Shown here piece by piece: positions 38,204 to 51,274 of a stretch of DNA of 64,000 bases. The stretch comes from the human T2T-CHM13v2.0 reference genome, Homo sapiens. Below the pieces are notes generated by a model. The model ran no database searches, was not told the DNA's origin, and worked only from the letters and a program-made list of their open reading frames with translations. The stretch lies in NCBI RefSeq assembly GCF_009914755.1, contig NC_060932.1; one strand, written 5' to 3'. Numbering within the stretch: the stretch's first letter is position 1; the number at the start of each line of letters is the position of its first letter. The translations under genes and the position numbers were made by a program.

Positions 38204-38218
38204 CCAGCAGGTGGCAGC
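38204..38218 (+). promoter_or_regulatory. CTCF core motif
   Basis: CCAGCAGGTGGCAGC matches CCASYAGRKGGCRS, in a locally GC/CpG-rich patch. Confidence 0.55.
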
Positions 38219-38524
38219 GCTCACAAACGATACAGCCTGCACTGACACCTGCAGGGTCCTGGAGGGGCGCCAGCTCTGGGTGAAGGGGTTGTGGGCGGCG
38301 GTGGTGGGGTGTTCTGGGATTTCACAGGGGCTGGTCAGAGAAGTGTTTTATGAAGCAGGTGGGTGGAGTCAGGAAATGAGGGAACTTCCAGAATCTTGCA
38401 GATGCAAGGACAGAGTAGAGAAGGCACAGACCAGGACAGTTAAGTATGATTTGGCAGTGACCCCTTGGATGGGACGCTGTACCCCTGGAAACATAATTCA
38501 AAAACAGAGGACACATTTTCATTG

Positions 38525-38959
38525 AAAGGGAGATGGAGAGATCTTTAATCCAAACAGCATTTTTGCAGATAAAGAATCGGAGGCCCTGGGGGAAGAGGCT
38601 GCCCAGCTTGGTTGGTAGATGGCCCTGATCTAGACTCCACAAACACCTGGGTCCCTGGGTCCTTCTCCATTCCTGCTACACTCAGCTCAGCTTCCTGTAG
38701 TGACCAGCTATGTTTATAAACAAGAATTTGGTCCCTTGCTTCTGTGGGTGTCCCTGAGATCTCACAACCTGACAAACAATTTGAGGCTATATGGACCTCC
38801 TGGAAGGGTACAAGGCTCCATGGCCTTTGTCTGCAGTGCCATGGCCAGAGAACCATCCTGTCCTTTTCTCATATGCACACGGTGGACACATGACGCAAAT
38901 GCTTTGCATTCCTCTCCTTGACGGCGGTCCTTTCTTTCTGCGTGTTCATCGTCACTCAT
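38525..38959 (+). repeat. Left arm of long inverted duplication
   Basis: Reverse complement of 40608-41014; core ~88% identical by hand alignment. Confidence 0.93.
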
Positions 38960-39849
38960 GGTGAAGAGTGCTCATTGAATGGTTCTCTGGCCATTAGGCT
39001 GCAGGCAAAGACAGGCAGGCCATCGAGGTCCAGTGGCACGAGGAGCCGTGGGGCCCCATTGAAGGGCACTGCTCCTGCAATAGAATGGCCAAGGCTGGAG
39101 TCTCTGCTCTGCCATTCTGGACTCAGAGCCTAGAATCAGTCACCTAACTTATCTGAGCCACTTTTGTAGGATGGAGCTAGAATTTGGAAGCAACCAAGTG
39201 GCATATTCAATGTGAAGGGGCTTTGCATAACCCATAAAGTGCAATGCAAATGTGAAACATTCTGATTCTAATATAAAGTCAGGGGAAGTTGTTGTTGGCT
39301 GGATTTAGGGATGGAAGAGTATGTGAATTTGACTTACGTTGGGGCCTCAGAGGATGGGGGCTTGCGGGGAAGAAGAGGTAAAGATTCAAGAATAAAGATG
39401 AAACTCTGTACTCAACACAGTATGTGGAAGGGTTGGAGAGGAACCAGCCTGGGAGCAGGAGGAGTTCCAGGTGGGATAGGAAAGAAAGGTTTGTCAGTGG
39501 GCACACAGAAGATGGGTGTGAGGAATTTGGATTTGTTTCATGAAATGAGGAGTCACTTGGATAGTTTTTAATGGAGTGATATGACAAACAGTGCTTTGTG
39601 TGATCTACTACATGGTAGGTAAAAGAATAGATTTATTTATTTATTCAAAGTTAAATATTGAGTGCCTGACACTGTGGAAGATGCTAGGTGTATAATGGTC
39701 AGTGAAACTGGATGAGGTTCCTGATTCATGGCACCTAGAATCTAGTGATGAACTGAGGACGTGGAGCTGCTGGAGAATAGGGAGGGAGGCTTCTAGGGTC
39801 TATAGGATCCATGCACGAGGTTCCATTCATACTCAGGATTGATCACCAA

Positions 39850-40213
<364 letters not shown>

Positions 40214-40262
40214 TCAACCATGATTGTTAAAGGCACCATACCTGATATCAGAGCAGACCCCA

Positions 40263-40264
<2 letters not shown>

Positions 40265-40310
<46 letters not shown>
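40265..40310. repeat. T46 homopolymer
   Basis: Read directly. Confidence 0.97.
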
Positions 40311-40311
<1 letters not shown>

Positions 40312-40607
40312 TGAAGCCTGAGATCTCCATGAAAAGCCTGCAACAGATTCCGGGGCAAGCCAGATCTCAAAGGAATGGTTTGCAGTTGCATCTAGTTCTG
40401 TGTAGGTTATCTCTTGATGCCCCAATATATTAGACATGGACATTACCTCTCGAAGTCATCCTTTTAGGGAGCATTGGTTTTATCTCTCTATTCCTCCTAA
40501 CGATTTATTTCAGTTTGTGTCAATGCACAGTTTTTGAGCATCTCCTTTGTACAGGTTAGAGTCATTTATCTCAGCTCTTAGACACTGGATATGGCAGAGT
40601 GTGCTAT

Positions 40608-41014
40608 ATGAGTGGCAGAAATAAAAGGCCACCATCCAGGAAAAGAAAGCAAACCATGTGTGTGCATTGTGTGCATATGAGACAAGGACAAGATGGTTCT
40701 CTGGCCTTGGGACTGCAGGCAAAGACAGACCATGGAGGCTTGTACTCTTTAAGGAGGTTCATAGAGCCCCAAATTGCTTGTCAGGTTGTAAGATCTCAGG
40801 GACATCCACAAAGGCAAGGGGCCAAATTCTTGTCCACGAACATAGCTGGTCACTACAGGAAGCTGAGCTGAGTGTAGCAGAAATGGAGGAGGAGCTGGGG
40901 AGCCAGGGGTCTGGGGAGACTAGATCAGAGTCTGCTATTAAGCAAGCTGGACAGCCTCTTCCCCAAGGGCCTCTGTTTCTTAATCTGCAATTAAAGCTCT
41001 CTCCATCTCCCTTT
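40608..41014 (-). repeat. Right arm of long inverted duplication
   Basis: Reverse complement of 38525-38959. Confidence 0.93.
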
Positions 41015-41432
41015 ACCAAATATTCAATTTCCTTTTCATTCCCAAATAGCAGGATCCTGGTTTTTAGGTGGGCACATTTCCAGGAGGAATAGCTAGGGTG
41101 CTCAAAGACTGCCATTCTAAGCATTTCTGGCAGCTAGGTGTGGTTACACAGCTAAGTTCTGGTCAAAGAGATGGAAACAGGTGTTGTGTGAGATTCTGGA
41201 ATAGCTTTTTCTTTCTTTCTCCATTCTGATGCTTTTAACATGGCCCCTGGGCAGCCCTCCATAATCAGAGCCAGGGATGCTGGAAAGATCCTGGGTCTCT
41301 CATAACCACAGTGCATCCATATAAGACCAAACTTCCTATCTCTCGGGCTCTTTTCCTGGAGAAAGACATAAATTTCTATCTCACTTCTAGTGCCACCATC
41401 CAGGCACTGTGAAACCTAATCCTAATGGACAC
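41015..41432 (+). mobile_element. LTR33-like ERVL LTR
   Basis: 'tttttaggtgggcacatt', 'gcagctaggtgtggttacacagctaagttctggtcaaagagatg'. Confidence 0.6.
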
Positions 41433-42547
41433 ATTGGGATACAAGGTTCTTTTCTTTCTTTGGGTCCAAAATTCACCCTCTGATCCCAAGGTGAACATCT
41501 CTGAACCAAGGCTTGACAGCTGTCCTAGGTCCACAATTATTCTTTACCTCCCCTGGGCACACAGCCTGTGAAATACCTATGGTATTTCTACTCTTAAAGG
41601 CTTTTGGTTGGGTTTAGAGATGAAGAAACAGGCACAAAGCATATGTGACAATGATTAGCACAGGGTTAGTTGTGTAATAGCTGCTGAAGGAATAAACATT
41701 ACCAGAGCCTAGTTTGAAGAATTCTGCCCACTTCCAACCCGTCATGGGTGTGTGCTGATATGTCTCATCACTTCCATTGTCAATCCCCACCCCTCTTTCT
41801 TTTGAATCAATGACTTCGGGAAATTCCACTTTTATTTCATTTATTTATTTTTTACAGTTTCATCTCTATAGCTTTATTTCTGGGAAAATGGGTCCTGCAA
41901 AGCCCCAGCATCCTAGGCAAGTCCTCCAAGTACACAGCTCCTCTGGTTTCTCAATACAAAACATGGACCGTACATAACAGTAGTTCAAAAATTCCTGCAA
42001 TTACTCTGTCTTCTGCCAGATTGATTCTTGAGCCTATGTGATTTTATGAGAGGTTGTTGCTGCCAAAACTCTGCTATCTCTTTTTCCAGTAGTGTGACAT
42101 GTAATCCATGATGGTTTATGGATGGGAGTCTACCTCTACTTTGCCTCCTGGGTGCCATGTGCATTTTTACAGAGCACTGATGGTCACAGTGGTTAATGCA
42201 ATAGGGGGCACCATGGACACAGAGCAGGCTGGTGGAGGAGCCATTTGAAGGCTGTGAGCTATTGGGCACCTTCTATACCACACAGCCCAGGGAGAGGCAC
42301 CCTTAATGCAGGACTAGTTCCCCGACCATTCCAAATAGAAGCAAGAGGGCACTTTCTATGGTAGCGTTGACTTTCAATAACAGTATCTGGTTTCAGAAGT
42401 CTTTTCAAAAGGTAAGTGAGTACAAGGATTCACTCCATCCAGATGGAATCAGAAGTAAAAAGATCATTAGTCTTCTATTTTTTTTAAATGTGCATTTTAA
42501 AAACCCAATGCTATATGAAAGCACTGGTTTTATAAAAAGAAACATCA

Positions 42548-43118
42548 GATAAATTCATAAAGTGTTGTATGCGCACATAGTGAAAGATAATTCAGCCTTA
42601 AAAAAGAAGGAAGTCTTGCCATTTACAACAATCTGGATGAACCTAGAAGACATTATGGTAATCGAAATAAGTAGTCACAGAAGGGCAAATATTGCATGAT
42701 TCCAAGTATACGAGGTATCTGGAATAGTTAAACTCAGAAGCAGAGAATAGAATGGTGTTTGCCAGGGACTGGGGAGGGCATGGAAAGGGGAGTTGTGACT
42801 CTATGTGGATAAAGTTGTAGTTTTGCAAGATGAATAAGTTCTAGAGATGCGTGCACAACTATAGAGTGCCTATAGTTAGCCATACCGTAATGTACACTTT
42901 AAAATGTTAAGAGGATAGATTGCATGCTAAGTGTTCTTATACATACATGCACACACACATACATGCACATAAGAACATCAGTAAACTTTTGGAGCTGATG
43001 GATAGGTTTTGTACCTTGATTGTGGTGATATCACAGGTGTATACATATGTCCAAACTCATTAAAATATATACATTAAATATGTACAATTATATATATCAT
43101 TTGTATCTTAATAAAGCA
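42548..43118 (+). mobile_element. L1MA/L1MB 3' end
   Basis: 'attcagccttaaaaaagaagga...tggatgaacctagaagacattatg...gatgaataagttctagagat...aataaagc'. Confidence 0.88.
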
Positions 43119-43237
43119 AATATATGTAATATATAATAACGTAAATATATATATGTGTGTATGATATGAGCCAAAAAAAGACATAAGAAAGAAAACCTCA
43201 GACTCTAAGTAGACTCAATGAAAACACGATTTCCTTA

Positions 43238-43636
<399 letters not shown>

Positions 43637-46176
43637 AATGTGAGTGTGTATTGCTTTGGAGCTTCTTCTTTGAATGTGCATGTGTGTGTGTGTGTCCTGG
43701 ATGGGATCCTACTGCTATCTCTTCTTTTTCTCACCCAGTGACATGCCTTTCTATGCAGATCCATCTGGATCTGCCTTAGTTTTGCTCACTGCTGCGTAGC
43801 CTTTCATGGTATGAATGCCAGAAGCCATTTAGCACCTCCCATAATGAGGGGATTTATGTTTTTTCCAGACCAGTGGTCTACAGATTGAGCTCTGAGGGGT
43901 CTTCAGGAGCCATCAGAGGGGCCTCAGGGGACCCCAAAAGGCAGACAAGAAAAGAAACAGCCCGTGGGGCCTCAGACCCCCAAGTGCCATTAGTCAAAGC
44001 AACTTTATTTTTATAGTTTTCTTTACTGAGCTTCCACAAAATTGTGTTTGGTAAAAAGAATTTTGGGACTAAATACCTTTTTAAACCAGTTATCTAGTCT
44101 AGAGTTCTCACTTTATAAGTTGTTTCAATGCAGGCTCAGAAAGGAGAGGTGACTTCCCTAGGATCAGACAGTCCATGATGGAGTCGGGCTCAAACCCAGG
44201 TCTGGGGCTCCATTTTAGTGTCTTTGATGCTCAGCCCTCAGGCTCATCCTATTTTCTTCCAAGATCAATCACCGATTAGAATAGATTATCTGGTCTCGAT
44301 CCTGAATTGAGGCAGAAATGTTATTATTACCCACCCACAGGGAGCTAACACATTTATGGCTTGCCTAATGCTGGATGGCCTAGTTGGAGGCGAGGTTGAA
44401 GCCATCACAAAGTCCAGCAAGAGAGCCAACTCAGTGCCTCTGTCAGACTGGGATGGGATCTAGCTGGCCTATAGCTTAGATGTTGTTGCTGTTTCTTTCA
44501 TTGCATTCATTGAGCACCACTTTGCTATGGGTACTATATTCCCATGGGCATCATTCTATTTAAAATCATAAATTCCTTATGAGATATGGATCATTCCTAC
44601 TTTAGAAAATGAGGCATAGAAAAACAGGATGACTAGTTGAAGGTTCAGTGAAAGTATGAACCAATCACCTTGCTAAATCAACCCCCTTTCTTCCTAGCTC
44701 AACAGCTTCTTCCTGGGCTTGGTCAAAACAGTGCCCAGCATGTGTGTGTGTGTGGCTGCCTTCTGTTCACAGATCACACCTTTCCCAGCATCTGCATTAA
44801 GAAAGGATCCTGGAGACCAGGTCTTGGTGCACACAACTTGCTTTATCACTCTTCACACTTGTCTCCAGGCTACACCAGGAGCTGTGTCATGCCAGGGTTG
44901 CCAAGAGCTGCCTTTTCCTTCTCTGGCTTCTCTCTTATTTTTTTTTAGAGCCCACTGGGCAGGACTAATATGCAGTAAAACTGATTTGTGCACTTTCCAG
45001 CCCTGGCTGAGAACAACAGCCATATACATTAGTTGGGAGATATTTAATGGATGATTTATAAGATATTCAAGATAAAATTTGAGAGATACATGGGGAGCGC
45101 TGAGGTGCAACATTCTTGAGGAACAGAGAACATTAAGTGCTTGATTGGCTGAGATGATTTAGAGGGCAGCCCCGGGCAGCCATCCAGTCATCCCGTTGTC
45201 GTTCCAGCTGCATCGTGGGCTGCGGCTTCTCTCCCAAAGGCTGCAGCCCACAACGTGGGTCTCGGATAGAGATCAGATCTCAGTGGAAACTTGTGCTTCA
45301 TCTATGACCAAGACCTGAGGGCTTTCCTTCCCACACCCTCTTAGGGATGCAGCTTGGATTCTGTAGAACAGAGCACAACATTCAGAGGGTGAGATGTGTC
45401 CTGGGGATTGGCCTCTAGTAGGTAAACTGATCTTGCTCTTTTTTAGAGCAGTTGAGCGTAACAGTCCAGTGAAATTCAAAAAGAAACCCTGAGTGGGTGC
45501 CTGGGATGTTCTAGACAGTTACGTCTGGGGGAATAGAGATAAGGAAGTCAACAGGGTCCCCAGATTCAGAAAACTCATTGCTTTTCCTCTCTTGATATTT
45601 TCCAAACAAAGCAACGATATCTGCTCGTTATAACAGAAAATATCAAATCAGAACTATTTAGAAAAAGCTGTCTCTCTGATGACTGTTTCCTAACACAATA
45701 AAGTCATTGAGACATCATTTGTCTGAAAAGTTCTATTCTTCCCATATTTACTTACTATGCACATAGTCCCCCTTGCTCACGGTCTTGGTCACTCATGGTC
45801 TCAGTGGGACCCACGGTACCTTGTAGCTTACTTTTGGCAAAACTGTAACATAGCTAAGTGGCGCCATGCCTCCCCTCTCCAAAGATCTCCTTTCTTTCTT
45901 TCCTCTCCCATATCACCCTCCTCCCCCAAACAAACAAGATTCACCGACCCTGCACCATCTGTGGCACCATCACAAAGCTCCTGCTGCTGTAGCATTTCCA
46001 AAACTGTCATTTCCGTCCAGACTTTCAAGGACAAAATAGCTCTGAGAACCAAACAAATGATTTCCCTGGTGGTGGAATTTCTCTCAGTTACAGGAACAGA
46101 TACTTGAGAGGAGAAACAAGGAGATTATCCTCCCTCGCCTTATCACATCCTATCCCATGGATGGGCACCTGTTAGT

Positions 46177-46561
46177 CTTTTTTTAATTGTATTTTTAGAA
46201 ATGGGGTCTTGCTATGTTGCCCAGGCTGGAATGCAGGGGCTGTTCACAGGTGAGATCCCACTACTGATCAGCACAGGAATTTAAACTGCTCTGTTAATGA
46301 CTAATCCAACTAATTTTAAAACAAATAATAATGATACATAACATTAAGGGACGAACCTGGTCCCTTATACTAATCTCCCTAATTATTTTTATTGCCACAG
46401 CTAATCTCCTTGGACTCTTACCCCACTCATTTACACCAGCTGCCCAACTATCTATAAACCTAGCCATGGCAATCCCCCTATGAGCAGGCACAGTAATTAC
46501 AGGCTTCTGTTTTCTGCCAGGGCCAGTTCACCCCTCCTTGGGCAACCCAGTGGTCCCCTGC
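46177..46561 (-). pseudogene. 5'-truncated 7SL (SRP RNA) processed pseudogene, split by a NUMT
   Basis: Antisense 7SL including S-domain sequence absent from Alu: 'ttcacaggtgagatcccactactgatcagcac' and 'ccagttcacccctccttgggcaacccagtggtcccc'; T-rich tail remnant. Confidence 0.9.
46296..46507 (+). pseudogene. NUMT: fragment of mitochondrial ATP6 (codons ~48-117)
   Basis: Mitochondrial-code translation from 46298: [70 protein letters not shown]. Confidence 0.96.
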
Positions 46562-47073
46562 CAGAGCCTTCTCATTTTCTCTAGCTGCCCCTCCCAGACC
46601 ACTGGGATGGGTGAAAGAAAGAACCGTGGGTTTCACTCTCAGGAGGTGCACTCACAACCTTTTTGGGGTGTGATCCCTGGCATATCCAAACCTTTGATTC
46701 TGGGGGTCCAATCAGAAAACTAAAGTTGTTAGCCTCACTCAAAGAAACCTGGCTATTGCAAATAGAAATATGAATTTACTCAAACGATGGAATGGGGAGA
46801 AAGTTGTTAATTATAGAAAAATGAAGACGTTGGGTCCATTTGCAAACATCCAGGAGTGAAGGAGGTTAGCTCCTGCGCCAGGTGACAGATTTGCTCATGA
46901 CCGTGAGTGACCATGCAGCAGGTGACAGGTTAACTCATCCACATTCCTGCAACTTTTTACAGTTGAGAAATTTGAGGGCGAGAGAAGTTAAGTGGCTGGG
47001 GAAAGCCACCCCAGTAGTCAGTGGCAGATTCCAGATTTGTATGCACATTACTTGTTATTAAAATTTTGGCTTT

Positions 47074-47106
47074 AATAATAATAATAATAATAATAATCAT
47101 CATCAT
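47074..47106. repeat. (AAT)n(CAT)n microsatellite
   Basis: Read directly. Confidence 0.9.
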
Positions 47107-47994
47107 CTCTGGAGTGAGGCCCCTCTGTGGGGAGAAGGGTGCCTGCTGGCCCACCCACCCAGAGCCATGTTTGTGGCTTTCTGAAAGCGCCATCTGTTTG
47201 CATAGGGCTGGCCTCCCTGGTCCTTGCCCCTGCTTTCCACTGTAGTGGCATCTTGTCTGACCCCAACCCTGCAGCTCTGGTTAATGAAAAAAGAATGCAA
47301 ACTAATTAGCCACATTCCTGTTTTACGAAGAGTGAGAGAGAGATCCAACAAGAGCTTCCTCTTTTTGAATAATGGCTGCACTGTGGTTCCTCTGCACTCA
47401 GCAGCCCCAAGGTCAGAATACACTTCAGACATCATCAATATCCTCAGCAAACAGTTCCCAACCACGGCCAGGACACTGTGATAGGCCTGGGGAGAGAGGG
47501 GAATGTCAGACACTCTTGAGAAGTTAATTTAATTCAATGTAATTGGATTTTGCTAAGGTCTATGTGTGCTGGATATCATGAAAGGTGATGAGAAGATTAA
47601 GATAGAAGTGAGATTGAAGGGTCTTATTGTCTAGTAGGAGAAGTAGGCTATGCTGATGAAAACTCTATTAAAATAGCAGATAGCATTTGCCGAGAGTCCA
47701 TATAAGTAGGGATTGAAACATGAAGAAGTCAAATACTAGACGTGTTCTTGAAGACCTGGATTCAACTCAGCGCTTCACCTAGCTGTGCAGTCTTAAGCGA
47801 ATCACTTAACCTCTCTGAACCTCACTTTTCTGAACCACAAAGAAAATAGTTACAACCTGAGGTTATACTGAGATATAAATAAAAGATACGATTAATTTAA
47901 AAGTATTCAACTTCATATCTGACATCTAAATGCAGATAAAAATTTAGACAAATAATTATATATCGGGGGCTGAACACACTGCTTTATTTTTTTT

Positions 47995-48270
47995 TAATGG
48001 TTTAAAAAAACAACCACTTATTTAGCTCACAGTTTTGTTGGTTGGACAAATTTGGGCTGGGCTCAGATGGGCAGCTCTTCTGCTGATCTTACCTGAACTC
48101 TGCTAGATCTCTATGTGTGTTTGTGGTCAGCCAGCAGGTTGGCTTACAGTTGGACAATCTAGAATCTAGAATGGCCGTGCTTGCATGTCTGGTGGTCAGC
48201 AGGCTGTTGACTGATATTTCTGATATTTCTTTCATCACCCAGCAGGCTAGATCAGGCTTCTTCACATACT
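47995..48270 (-). mobile_element. MLT1H-like MaLR LTR fragment
   Basis: 'tttgggctgggctcagatgggcag', 'ccagcaggctagatcaggcttcttcacat'. Confidence 0.65.
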
Positions 48271-48675
48271 TAGTTGAGTTTGAATCTAGCAGATTAAAAA
48301 TCTAGGAAAACCCAACTAAAGTGGCAACAGATGCTTGGGTACTTTAAAGAGAGGATAAAAGTAACTCATCATCTTCTGTCTTTCACCAGGAAAGCCTTCC
48401 TGGACGAGGGAGATTTTGAGCTGGGACTGGGAAGATGATAAGGATCTAGGGCTAGTGTAGAACAGAGGGTGCTCCAAGGATCTTGGGAGGCTCTTAAGGG
48501 AGGAAACATCCTCACTGATCATTGACAGGGAAGGAAACCAGGTCTAATGTAAAGAAGATTCTCCCTTGTCACACTGCAGTCTCCATGCCTGGCCATCAGC
48601 AAGTGCTTGCCCCAAAGGGTCTCCCCCATTAAAGGGGAGGATAGGGGGAAGGAGGAATCTGGGAGAGTGAATATA

Positions 48676-49519
48676 AGATTTATTTTGGAACCATTTTAGA
48701 TTTACAGAGAAGTTGCAAGATAATACAGGGAATTTCTGTATATCCTTCACCAAACATCCCTTAGTGTGAATACCTTACTTAACTATTGTACGCTTGTCAA
48801 AACTAAGCAATTAACGCTGGCACAATATTATTAACTAAACTACTCACTGTAATCAGATTTCACTAGTTTTTCCACTGATGTCCTTTTTCTGTTTGAGGAT
48901 CCAGTTCAGGATATCACATTGTATTTAGTCACCATGTCTCCTTGTTTCTCTCCAGATCTGTGACTGTTTCTCGTTCTTTGTTTCCTAAAGTATCCAGGTC
49001 GTGAAAGAGTATCGACACTTTGAAGGATGCATTTCTGTTTGGTTTGTCCAATGTTTTCTCATGATTACACTGGGTTTATGAACTTCAGAAAAAAATATCA
49101 CAGAGGTGATGCATTCTTCTCGTCCCTTCTTAGCAGGGGGTACATGATCCGCACAGCTCTCATTGATGATGCTGACCTTGATCATCTACTGAAGGTGGTG
49201 TCTGCCAGATTTATTCCCTATAGAGTTACTATTTTTTCTTTTCTCTACTCCATTCTTTGGAAGAAAACCACTAGGTCCACCCCACAGCTAAGGGGAAAGG
49301 AATTAAATCGGGGCTGACAGAGTGTTTTTAACTTTGTATTTTGAGATTATTGTGGATGTGCATTCAATTGTGAGAAATAATTCAGAGAGATCCAGTGTGC
49401 CCCTTATCCGTTTTTCCACAGTAGTGACGTCTTGCATCATCATAGTATGATTTTATAACCAGGAAATTGCCATTGATAGAATCCACCAACCTTATTCATA
49501 TTTCCCCATTTTATATGCA

Positions 49520-49562
<43 letters not shown>

Positions 49563-50060
49563 TGAGGGGAGGAATTTAGTCCCATGCAGTTTTATCCCTG
49601 AGTAGATTTGTGTGACCAGCACTGCAGTCAAGACCCAGAACAGTTCCATCGTGTCGGGAATCCCTGGTGTTGCCCTTTAATAGCCACATCAACCTCCCTC
49701 TGCCTGCCCACAATGCCTGGCCATCACTCATCCGTTTTCCTTTTCCCTAATATTGTTGTCTCAAGAATGTTATAGACATAGAATCACATAGTTGGTAGTC
49801 TTTTGGTATTCGTTTTCTTTTCACTTGCCATCACTCCCTCGAGATCCATCCACGTTGTTTCCTGTATCTGTAGCTCATTCCTGGTTATGGCTGAGTCCTA
49901 TTCCATGGAATGGAGGTGCCACCGTTTGTTTAACCACTCGCCCAGTGAAGGATATTTGGGTCGCTTCCAGTTTTTGGCTATTACAAATAAAGCTGCAATG
50001 AACATTCACGTGCAGGTTTTGGTGTGAACAACATTTGGATTTCTCTGGGATAAATGCCTA
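48676..50060 (-). mobile_element. Two adjacent L1MC-type 3' fragments (~48676-49308 and ~49325-50060) with (TG)n at 49524-49561
   Basis: 'ttttagatttacagagaagttgcaagataataca'; 'ttccagtttttggctattacaaataaagctgcaatgaacattc'. Confidence 0.8.
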
Positions 50061-51274
50061 TGGAAGACTGATTTTGAACAGAGTCCAGGGCATTTGTGGT
50101 TTTGCTTTCTCCTTCTTGATGCCCAGTTTGATCTTGGGCTGGTGCCCCTCCCTGAGGCTACTGAGCAAAACAAGAGAGGCAGGCAGTTGCCTTTCAATTG
50201 TCATGAGGGGCTCAGTTCTTTCCTTTTTGGTGGGCTGCGATGGTCTGGGCTGACAAGCAAGGGAAGCAGAAGCCGTGGTTCTGCAAGGAGTGAACTCAGG
50301 GCTTCTATCGAAGGTTCCCCCTGGGTTCCCTCTGCTCCTTGGCTTGCTTGTGGCAACACCATGAGGAATGTACCATCTGGCAAGGCTCGGGGAAGCAGTA
50401 GGAACAGGAGTCAGGCCATTTGGGGTGAGCTGTGTGAGCTGGGGTAACTCGCATGGTCTAAATGTTCAGTAGCTTCTCATTTATATGTGGCACAGTGAAC
50501 TGAGACACTCTCACTCCCCTTCTTTTGGAGTAGAGATTTAAGTGTCAGGCATACTCTAACAGGGACCATCACCGCTAAGAGGCTAAAATATATCCATTCA
50601 CAGCTGTTATGGTGACCCTTGCAATGAGAAGTCCACTGCTCCATAGTGCAATAATATTAGGATTATAGTTTCACAGGGAGTGGGTCAAAAGCCCCATTAG
50701 TTGGAACAACATGCATCCCTTTTGTGAGACTGCGCTGTGTTATCACTGTAAAATAATGCTTTCTTTGATGAAGTGTCTGGACTTTTTGGGTAATTGGTGA
50801 GAAAATTAGGCACTATTCTTGTTGGCGGGGAGTCTGAGCAGAACTGGGCCATCCAACCTTCCCCTCGTTCTTGAGATCAAAATCCTCCTCCTGGAAGCTG
50901 GGCCTGCACAGGGCAAGTCTCCTGGCCTGTGGCACTGGAGTTTGTGAGACATGGGGAGAGGACAAGCCAGAGCTCCTCATTCTTCCTTGAGCTGGAGCGG
51001 AGGGTTTGGGACATGGACTAGCAGCTGCCAGGGGATGACAGGGGGTTGAATAAAGAGCAAGAGAAGCAGGGGGCCAATACATGAGTTAAAGGACTAGTCT
51101 TGGATCCTTCCTTGCATCCATGTGTTGGAATGGACCTGCTCACCATCACTGACCTTGGTGGGTTTGTGGTCTGGGGAAGACTGAGGCTCTGGTCTTACGG
51201 TATGAGGCTCTGTGAAAGACTGTGCTAAGGGGCCACTGCCACTCATCTCTTCCCAAGGTGCAGAGTCCATTTTC

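Noticed and set aside
43755-43774. 9-bp inverted repeat gcagatcca/tggatctgc
   Set aside because: Short enough to occur by chance in 64 kb.
46294-46491. 65-aa minus-strand ORF over the NUMT
   Set aside because: Antisense shadow of the ATP6 frame; no evidence of expression.
46177-46561. Functional 7SL RNA gene
   Set aside because: 5'-truncated, diverged and interrupted by mtDNA.
47963-49330. Similar 'atcgggg(g)ctga(a)ca' words at ~47963 and ~49307 as a possible TSD
   Set aside because: Short imperfect match that encloses several unrelated repeats; chance cannot be excluded.
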